Source of the DNA: Octopus bimaculoides
Lineage: Eukaryota
Assembly (NCBI RefSeq): GCF_001194135.2
Contig: NC_068993.1
Location: forward strand, 25,267,191-25,322,275
Direction of reading: 5' to 3'
Length of the DNA stretch: 55,085 nucleotides
The notes under the pieces are model-generated. The model ran no database searches and was not told the origin of the DNA. It was given only the letters and a program-made list of their open reading frames with translations. The translations under genes were made by a program, and so were the position numbers. This document shows, piece by piece, positions 12,705 through 22,500 of this stretch (positions are counted from its first letter, which is position 1; each line of letters opens with the position of its first letter).

Positions 12705-12890
12705 TCAAACCCCAAAGAATCCCTCTCAACATATGACTATGATGCTCCCCAACTACTCCTGCTCATGAACAGAGTTGCACATATTGTCAGCCACTAAAGG
12801 ACATGTTCAACTGGTTATGGTTAATCAACTGACAAGCAAATTTGTGGTATTGAGCAGAATATTTGTTACAACAATAGTTCTGCTTTAGCA
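12705..12890 (-). mobile_element. SINE-like dispersed repeat
   Basis: Resembles a recalled abundant octopus repeat (CACATATTGTCAGCCACTAAAGGACATG...CAAGCAAATTTGTGGTATTGAGCAGAATATTTG); single copy in this window. Confidence 0.4.
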
Positions 12891-13424
12891 ACTCAGCACT
12901 GAATCTGTCTGAAATGTATTGGAAAATACGTCAGTTCAAAACGTTGATGTCCAGGTCACGAAAACAAAGTTTGAAGAGAATAGTGGTCATTTTCTTTTTA
13001 ATTTCTAGATAGAAGCAAATAGGAAATAACACTTACTGACCAAAGACAAAATAAATAAATAAAAATCTTGTTACAGTGTAATGCCACTAAACTACTTCCT
13101 TTAATTCAAATCCAAATAATTTAATCTACTCAAATTTATTTTTAAAGTACATATTTACAAGGAAAATTTCATATTTTTGAAGTATTTACAGTAAAAATTT
13201 CATAATTTATTTTTAAAGTATTTACAATGTAAATTTCCAAGTTACAATAGTAATTCATACACAATATTACATAATGATGGTAGAAATCAAAACAGATTCA
13301 TAAAACTTAGTTATTAAAGTAGCACTTATATCTGATGGCAAATAAACTATCTCTGATTGTCTAGATTTGAATTTATTGGTATTGACAATCATGTGATACC
13401 AAAGGAAACAATATATAGATGTGG

Positions 13425-14327
13425 GCATAACTACAGATTTCTGTCCACCCCTGACTTTGGATGATCATAACTTTCAGAAAAATGGATATTCTTTTAATGA
13501 AATTTTCTACGAATATGTATTATATCATGTAGATTCCGAATATACAAATTTTGGGAGGAAAAGTGTTTTAGGAGGTGGTGGGGAATTTTGGAAAATTCAC
13601 CGGAGTCCAATTCATCTTAACTTTCAAGAAAATGTATATTTTTTAATGAAATTCTCTACAAATATACCTCGGACTATGTAGATTCAGAGGACACATGCAA
13701 TTAAAAAAGTTCAAACGGGGAATTATTCCATTCAATATCATGTTTATTATAGAGATTATGTAACAAACTGGGAATTCACTTAAAGAGAAAACAAAAATCA
13801 TATGCAACAGATAAGTCGTCTTAATAACATATTTCTGTGTACCAGACCTTTAGCTGTTATGTTTAGCACAACGAATTTTCTGGTGAGGGCTTCATTTGCC
13901 TTCATTGCCTGCTTGTTCCTTCAGTAGAAATCTACGGATGCACAAATGCACAAAATGAAACAAATGTGGACGACTTGTTCTGAAACACTCCCGAGTGGGG
14001 AACAGTTCTCAAAAATAACCCCAATTCTTTCCCCCCTAAATTCCTATGTCCTTGGAATCTACATAGTCCGAGGTATTTTTGTAGATAGTTTCATTAAAAA
14101 ATATCCATTTTCTTGAAAGTTAACACGAATTGAAATGGACTCCGGTGAATTTTCCGAATTTCCCCACCCACACCCTCCTAAAACACTTTTCCCAAAAATT
14201 TTGTATATTCGGAATCTACATGATAAAACACAAAACAAAGTAGAAAATTTCATCAAAAAATATCCATTTTTCTGAAAGTTATGATAATCCAGAGTCGAGG
14301 TGTGGGGACAGAAATCTGTAGTCATTC
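13425..14327. repeat. Inverted pair of ~270-bp repeat copies (13425-13690 / 14048-14327), each with an internal ~150-bp sub-duplication
   Basis: The arms align as reverse complements, e.g. ACTACAGATTTCTGTCC and CATAACTTTCAGAAAAATGGATAT. Confidence 0.85.
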
Positions 14328-17003
14328 CTAGATATGCTAGTTTTAATATATTTAATGCAGAGAGTATTAAAAACCTAAATATCTGGTGAGCATAAATAAA
14401 TAAATATGAACCAATAACTAATATTACTTCCTTTTTCATGCAAGCATGAAAGACAATTTTGTACATATTTTGGTTATATTTTAACTTCATCTGCAAAAGT
14501 ATAGTCCATAGTATCCTTGCCAAAGGCAAAAAATATCTGAAAGTGAAATATCATACATTGTCTTCTTTTTGTTTTTTCTTCTTCTTCTGCTGGTTGTGAG
14601 AAACTGGCAGACAACTGAGACTGCATCAAAGCAGAGAACGGATTCAAATTTTGGCACAGGGTCAATAGTTTTTGAGGGGATGGGGAAGTCGATTGTCTGG
14701 TACTTATTCTATCGACCCCGAAAGAAGAAAAGCAGAATTGTAGGTCATAGCGTAAAGATAGCTGAAATGCCTCTAAGCATTTTGTCCGTCGAGCTAACGG
14801 TTGTCAGCCAATTCGAGGCAGATAAAGATTTCTAACTTCAGTATTTATCTTATTATACACTGCACAAAGTATGTAACTAAGTACTACAAAGCATGGTTAC
14901 CAACACTTTATGGATCCCACCAACGAAGCTTCTAAAGTTTAGAGTCTAAATCAGTGGTTCTCAACTGAGGTCCAGATAAGATGGGGTGGGGGTCAACAGT
15001 CGTATTTTAGCAGCCTATGAAAAAGTTTTGCTTCAAAAGAGGTATTTATTGCAAGAAACAACTAGATTTAGGTTTCTTTCTATAATGCTTTACATACTTC
15101 AACATGTTTCCGGCCTCTGAAACATGTTCTCTTTGAGGGTGCTACTTCAAATCTACACAAAAGAACGTGAGAAAAAGCAAAACAGGAATTTCGAAAGAAG
15201 CCTATAAACAGCTTTTAAATGTGGAATGGTTATCGGAGTCCACCAGAATAAAATAGTAATCAAAGGGGTCCNNNNNNNNNNNNNNNNNNNNNNNNNNNNN
15301 NNNNNNNNNNNNNNNNNNNNNNNNNNNNNNNNNNNNNNNNNNNNNNNNNNNNNNNNNNNNNNNNNNNNNNNNNNNNNNNNNNNNNNNNNNNNNNNNNNNN
15401 NNNNNNNNNNNNNNNNNNNNNNNNNNNNNNNNNNNNNNNNNNNNNNNNNNNNNNNNNNNNNNNNNNNNNNNNNNNNNNNNNNNNNNNNNNNNNNNNNNNN
15501 NNNNNNNNNNNNNNNNNNNNNNNNNNNNNNNNNNNNNNNNNNNNNNNNNNNNNNNNNNNNNNNNNNNNNNNNNNNNNNNNNNNNNNNNNNNNNNNNNNNN
15601 NNNNNNNNNNNNNNNNNNNNNNNNNNNNNNNNNNNNNNNNNNNNNNNNNNNNNNNNNNNNNNNNNNNNNNNNNNNNNNNNNNNNNNNNNNNNNNNNNNNN
15701 NNNNNNNNNNNNNCGATAACCATTCCACATTTAAAAGCTGTTTATAGGCTTCTTTCAAAATTCCTGTTTTGCTTTTTCTCACGTTCGTTTGTGTAGATTT
15801 GAAGTAGCACCCTCAAAGAGAACATGTTTCAGAGGCCGGAAACATGTTGAAGTACGTAAAGCATTATAGAAAGAAACCTAAATCTAGTTGTTTCTTGCAA
15901 TAAATACCTCTTTTGAAGCAAAATTTTTTCATAGGCTGCTAAAATACGACTGTTGACCCCCACCCCATCTTATCTGGACCTCAGTTGAGAACCACTGATT
16001 TAGACTCTAAACTTTAGAAGCTCCCTTGTTGGCTTCGTTGGTGGGATCCATAAAGTGTTGGTAACCATGCTTTGTAGTATTTAGTTACATACTTTGTGCA
16101 GAGTGGAGGTGCAATGGCCCAGAGGTTAGGGCAGCGGACTCGCAGTCATAAGATCACGGTTTCGATTCCCAGACAGGGCGTTGTATTTATTGAGCGAAAA
16201 CACCTAAAGCTCCACGAGGCTCCGGCAGGGGATGGTGGCGAACCCTGCTGTACTCTTTCACCACAACTTTCTCTCACTCTTACTTCCTGTTTCTGTTGTG
16301 CCTGTAATTCAAAGGGTCAGCCTTGTCACACTGTATCATGCTGAATATCCCCGAGAACTACGTTAAGGGTACACGTGTCTGTGGAGTGCTCAGCCATTTG
16401 CACGTTAATTTTACGAGCAGGCTGTTCTGTTGGTAGGATCAACTGGAACCCTCAATGTCGTAAGCGATGGAGTGCCAACTTTGTGCAGTATAAATACTGA
16501 AGTTAGAAATCTTTATCTGCCTCGAATTGGCTGACAGAACCGTTAGTGGCATTTCGTCCATCTTTACGCTATAACCTACAATTCTGCCTTTCTTCTTTCA
16601 GGGTCGATAGAATAAGTACCAGACAATCGACTTCCCCATCCCCTCAAAAACTATTGACCCTGTGCCAAAATTTGAAACCGTTCTCTGCTTTGATGCAGTC
16701 TCAGTTCTATCTGCCAGTTTCTCACAACCAGCAGAAGAAGAAGAAAAAAAGACAATGTATAATATTCCACTTTCAGATATTTTTTGCTTTACTTCGGCAA
16801 GGATACTCTGGACTATACTTTGCAGATGAAGTTAAAATATAACCAAAATATGTACAAAATTGTCTTTTGTGCTTGCATGAGAAAGGAAGTAATATTAGTT
16901 ATTGATTAATATTTATTTATTTATGCTCGCCAGATATTTAGGTTTTTAATACTCTCTGCATTAGATATATTAAAACTAACATATCTAGGAATAACTACAG
17001 ACT
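14310..17003. repeat. Large inverted duplication, arms 14310-15235 and 15714-17003
   Basis: Base-by-base reverse-complement alignment; the centre is mostly a 442-N gap. Confidence 0.9.
16101..16477 (+). mobile_element. tRNA-derived SINE family C with 10-bp TSD
   Basis: A box TGGCCCAGAGGTTAGG and B box GGTTTCGATTCCC. TSD ACTTTGTGCA at 16091-16100 and 16478-16487. The empty site is present in the opposite palindrome arm (~14861-14870). Confidence 0.88.
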
Positions 17004-18420
17004 TTTACACCTATTACACTATTTCTTTTTATTGTTTTTGTGCTCGGGTCAAACGCTTTAGTTTAACCCCCACTTTAATTTCACATGAATTATTTTGTCA
17101 TATTACTACGGGAAATTACTCCGAAAGAAATCTTTGCAGAACGGTGAATAGATTGATTACATTATGTTATCGTAGTTTTGTGAGATTTGGCTGTTATTTC
17201 TGCTTGAAGGCCTGAGGGTATATATTCTTTTTTTTTTCTGTTGAAAAATTGAAATTTTACAAACGAATTTTTTTCAGAATCGTAATCTTCGTATTTTTCT
17301 ACGTATTNNNNNNNNNNNNNNNNNNNNNNNNNNNNNNNNNNNNNNNNNNNNNNNNNNNNNNNNNNNNNNNNNNNNNNNNNNNNNNNNNNNNNNNNNNNNN
17401 NNNNNNNNNNNNNNNNNNNNNNNNNNNNNNNNNNNNNNNNNNNNNNNNNNNNNNNNNNNNNNNNCGGATCCTCCATAACCAAAAAAAGTGGGATTCTGTA
17501 AAAAAAAAAAAATCAATATATATCCATTTTACTGGAAGTTATGATGGAAAAATCGGATCTTGTGAAATTCTCCGAAAGTCCCCTCCCCAGGGTCATCAGC
17601 GCGCATTTTTTTTTTTTCATATTCGTTTTCTACATAGTTGTTAACACCCACCAGGCTGAGTTTTATTTTTATTTTTAGTTCCCGGGTGAAGATCTTTATA
17701 TTGACCAATTTTTACACTTTCACCCACACGATTTCCACTAAGAAAAAAAAAAAACTCGGACTGCTTGCGTGGAATCAAGTACCATGACCTCCTCTCGTAC
17801 GGGTGAAAGTATCAAAATTTACCGGTAAAAAATGGTTGAAAACCACTAGTCTAAAGAGCCATCCGGCTTGCTAGAAATAGCAGTCAAATCTCCCTCAAAC
17901 CTGAGTCGGATAATGTGCTACGACTAGACGCACTCAAATGATAGGTCTCTTCAATTAGACCTATCCTTGGGGCAACAAGCAAGTAAATTTTAAGTGGAGA
18001 AGAGATGAGAAATAGTGACAACCATACCTTTTTCAAGAGCACTTGTAAGACTAAAGATGAAATCAAGGTGCCAGAATAGTTTCAACACATACGATATAGA
18101 ATCCCTAATACCTTGTATATTGTTTTAGCTGTTATACTATTATTTTGCTTCGAGCCAATCCTGAACCTACAAGGAACCTGATGAAAAATATATTTCAACC
18201 GTGACCATCACGTTTACATTATCCAATGGGTCTTGTTTCGTTAAACAAAGTAAAGTACATTCGAACGTTATCTCTAGCAGGTCCAGCGGCTGGCATAGAG
18301 GTTCCCAATGGTTATTTAATTATACGTATATGTTATGTAAAGAGAAATATTGTTCAAAAGGTTCATCTCAATAGAAAGTAAACATTATCGAGTAAAGCAT
18401 AAACAAACATTAATTCTTAC

Positions 18421-18470
18421 CTTTTAATCAAGAACATGACACTACAACCGGAAGTCGCTATAATGGTTAC
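18421..18470 (-). other. TXNL4A: Predicted non-coding 5' exon of TXNL4A; intron 18420-12295 (~6.1 kb)
   Basis: Consensus donor AAG|GTAAGA at 18421/18420 next to promoter motifs, and a matching strong acceptor at 12296-12295. The TSS position is not determinable. Confidence 0.65.
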
Positions 18471-18690
18471 TAATACCGACGGAAATAAATTCAGTGTTAA
18501 AAGATTATATTTTATTTTACATTACTGTAGATATATATTTGAATTACTTTTTAGTCAACACAATAAAATATGGCAAAATCAATTTTGGCATTTATTTTTT
18601 CTACTTTTGATTTAAATATTTTTCGGTTTCATTTTAATATACATTTCTTTTTATTTTTGTATTCACTTCTGACTCAACAACATGGCAGCC
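18421..18690. promoter_or_regulatory. Bidirectional TATA-less promoter TXNL4A/NDUFA9
   Basis: ACTACAA (18441-18447, ZNF143/THAP11-type core) abuts ACCGGAAGT (18447-18455, ETS). Also CGGAAAT (18480-18486), Inr-like TCACTTC (18663-18669) and TISU/YY1-like CAACATGGCAGC (18678-18689). CpGs are locally retained. Confidence 0.65.
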
Positions 18691-18727
18691 ATCTCGAGGG
18701 CAACTGTTGTCCAGCTTGGACAAATTG
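18682..18727 (+). CDS. NDUFA9: NDUFA9 exon 1 (transit peptide start, [15 protein letters not shown])
   Basis: ATG in strong context; donor G|GTCAGT; phase 1 matches exon 2. Confidence 0.85.
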
Positions 18728-19542
18728 GTCAGTAATTTTGCTATAGAGATATATATTTATTTAAATATGTTCTGAATGTTTATAGAATATCTAGTATTCT
18801 CTTTTGCTATATCCTATTTAACTACAATCAATGATTAGGACAGTCTCTATCCTCGCTCGTCCTCCAACAACTTTGTTATGAATGTTGTCCTTTCACTCGC
18901 CGCTTTTCATTCAGTTATTTTCGGCGACTTAGTTCTTTTTATCTTCCAATTGTAAATACCTTTCGGGCTCTAAAATGATTATTTCTAAATAGAAATCTCA
19001 TTATTAGCGAATATATTTCTAATCTATTTTTGCTTATATTTCAACCAAGAATCTTTCCAAATTTGAAGGTCATTCCAGGTGTACAGAGAGCAATGTTTAT
19101 ATACATATTCCATATTTATTTTTTTGTATTCCTCAGCCATCAGTTCATATTTCTTTTCAGTCCGGATATCACAAACTTATCTTTTCGTTTTGAATTTTTG
19201 ATCATACTTCACACAATTTACAGCTAATATCTTCTAATTAATCGGTCGAGACAATCACAATATTTTATCTCTGACGTGATTCTGAAGCACCATCCTGGAG
19301 GGTTTAGTCGACCAAATCAACCCAAGTACTTGCTTTTAAGCTTGGTACTTATTCTATCGATCAAGTTACGGGGACGTAGACAAACACCAGTTGTCCGGCG
19401 GTGGCCTTACACAAACACACACACGTGTGTATATGTCTGTCTGTATGCATGTATTTATGTATGGGCAAGTTTCTTCTACTATAGCCTCGAGCCGACCAAA
19501 GCCTTAGTGGATTTGATAGACGGAAACTGAAGGAAGCCTGTC

Positions 19543-19574
<32 letters not shown>

Positions 19575-22500
19575 GTATTTGTGTATCTGTTTGCCCACCA
19601 CCATCATCGCTTGACAACGATATTGATGTGTTTCCTTTCCCGTAACTTAGCGGTTTGGCAAAAGAGACTGATGGAATAAGTTCTAGGCTTTCAAAGAATT
19701 AGTTGTGGGGTCGATTTGCTCGACTAAAGGTGGTGCTCCAGTATGGCCGCAGTCAAATGACTGAAACAAGTAAAAGGAAAAAGAATATATATGCGTAGGC
19801 TTGAAAAAAATGAAGCTACTATACTTCACTGGATGTGTAATGTCAGTGTGCAATACACGACAGAGTGTCAGCGCCCCAAGAGAAAAGTTGGACATAAGAA
19901 GCATGGTGTGCAAGAGAGATGACTGCTGGTTTGGTCATGTGTTGTGTATGGATGAGGACAGCTGTATGAAGAAGTGTTGCACCCTAACAGTGGAGGGAAT
20001 TTGTGGAAGAGGTAGACCCAGAAAGACATGGGATGAGGTGGTGAAGCACAACTTTTGAACGTTGGATGTCACAGATCCAGTGACAAGCAACCGAGACCTT
20101 TGGAGATATGATGTGCTTGAGAAAACCCGGCAAGCCAAGTGAGATCGTGGCCTATGCCAGTGGTGCGATGCGATGCCCTTCAATCATCAGGCAATATGCC
20201 ATGCCTGTGAAGACCTGTTGAAGCAAGTGAGATCGTAGTTGTGCCAGTACCGCCTGACTGGCACCCATGCTGGTGGCACGTAAAAAGCACCATTCGAGCA
20301 TGACTGATGCCAGTGCCCCCTGACTGGCTCCTGTGGCAGTGGCACATAAAAAGCACCATACAAGCATGGTTGACGCCAGTGCTGCCTGACTGGCTCCCAT
20401 GCCAGTGGCATGTAAAAAGTATCCACTACACTCTCAGAGTGTTTGACATTAGGAAGGGCATCCAGCTGTAGAGACCTTACCAAATCAGATTGGAGCCTGG
20501 TGCAGCCTCCCAGCTTGCCAGTTCTCAGTCAAACTGTCCAACCCATGCCAGCATGGAAAGTGGGCGTTAAACAACAACGATGATGATGATGATATATTAT
20601 GACTAGCTTCCACATTTCTCTCTTCCAAATTGGAACTGAACCTGAAACCACGTCTGTGCCTATGTCATAATTAAGAAAAAATATGTATTATAAACTCAAA
20701 TTATGGTTAATTAAGATGTGTTAGGTGATATTGGAGTATAACTGCTTATACTTTTGCAAACTTTAGCTTATTCTATCAATACAAAATCTATATTTTGAAA
20801 AAAAAAAAAAAAAGCAAAAAATAAACATGTTCCAACTGAAAATATTTCCACACCAATCTACTACACGTTATAGGAGAATCAGTTATTGCAAATCAATATC
20901 ACAATCTATTAAATTGTCCCAAAACATTTCATTATCAATTTTAAAATTGTTTTCCTTTTTTCAATTTCAGGGCAACACATCCCTCCAGTATTTGGCTGTG
21001 TGTATGTTAATAAGAGAAATGCTAGCAGTGGTACAATGGCTGCAATGAAAAGAGGGCGTGGTGGACGTTCCTCATTCAGTGGAATTGTTGCAACAGTGTT
21101 TGGAGCAACTGGCTCTTTAGGGAAACATGTTGTGAATAAACTTGGTAAGTGTTGATCTCCATTTCCAAGGCAACTTTGTAATCTGTGTTTGTCTTGGAAT
21201 TAGCTTCTCTATACTTTCTTACATTTTATTTTACCTCATCACTTTTTATTTATCTAATCAGAATCTAATTAAATTTCATTTATGAAATTTATTTAATATT
21301 TGGTTAAAATATTCAGGGCTGAATATGACTTAATAAATAAAGCCAACGAAGACTTAAGAAACATTGTTAATAGAACAGCTTATACTCAGAAATAAGAAAC
21401 ATTTTATATAGTAATTTTATTATTTTAGTAAAAACCATTAAGTATAGAAACCTAACTGGCATTTACTATATTTGCTTTGCCTTAGATGTAAAGTATATGG
21501 TTACAACTATCAGAAAGACATTTACACTTATTTAGTTATAATGATGAGATTAATTATTCTGTTAGAAAAATATCTCCTTCACAGCAGTTAACCCTTTTGG
21601 TCTCTTGTCAATAGAATCTCTACTAACTCTGAGGAAGTGTCCTTTCCTCCATTTCTTAGCAATGATGATTTTGTGAGCAGTACTTCACAGAGAAAGCTTC
21701 AATGTTTGCTACTTGCATTGCATCCAACTCCTCGCAGCACACACTTAATAAATCTCTTGTAAAACCATCTCATTCCACTCCACCAGGCTCACCACTATGT
21801 ACACATATGCAACAAAAGTGACAGTACTTCAAGTTACTTCAAATCAACATCACCAGCCCAAATAATGTTCCTTCTACTATTCTCTAACAATGTGCCCCTG
21901 AGCTAGTCCCCATATTTGCCAATGTCTTTAATCTTTGTCTATAAGGATATATCCATATATTTGGAAACAAGTATCCCATTCTTATGAAGGTCAACTTCAC
22001 CTTCTCTGTCAACTACTGTCTTACTGCACTCATTTTCAGAATCTCCAACATGGTGACAGTTGCGTTATTACCCTCAACATCAACAAAACTTTTAACTGTG
22101 TCTGGCACACAAATCTTCTGTCAAAACTGCACACTTATGGACTCCATCTATCTCTCAACTCTTGAATTGGTAGCTTCCTGTGAGATCACACTATTACAAC
22201 ATATACTCATGGAACTCTCTCTGGCCTACACAATATCAGCTCTGGCATGCTTTAGGGTTGGGCTTTGTCCCTCACACTCTTCTTCAGTGACCTACTCACT
22301 GTTACCTCCAACAAAGTACACTTCTGTACAGATGAGAAAACCTCTCGTTCTTTCATGATCTGTCACACTGAGTGTTGTCCACATGCAACCCAGACATCAT
22401 GGATCCAAATCTGTATTGAATCCATGAACAAAGATTTCAAAAATATCTTCCATTGAAATCATACGACTCTTGTCTCCTTCAACAGCAAACAAAAACACGT

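Noticed and set aside
15825-15850. GAGGCCGGAAACATGTT, resembling half of a hammerhead
   Set aside because: No CUGANGA box or stem I in either orientation.
14952-15997. Intact hAT MITE defined by CAGTGGTTCTCAA termini
   Set aside because: The flanks GTCTAAAT and ATTTAGAC are inverted, not a direct 8-bp TSD, so it is better explained as part of the larger inverted duplication.
16101-16180. tRNA gene (also 24785-24850)
   Set aside because: A and B boxes are present but there is no acceptor-stem closure. The sequence continues into a SINE body, and the 16101 copy has a TSD.
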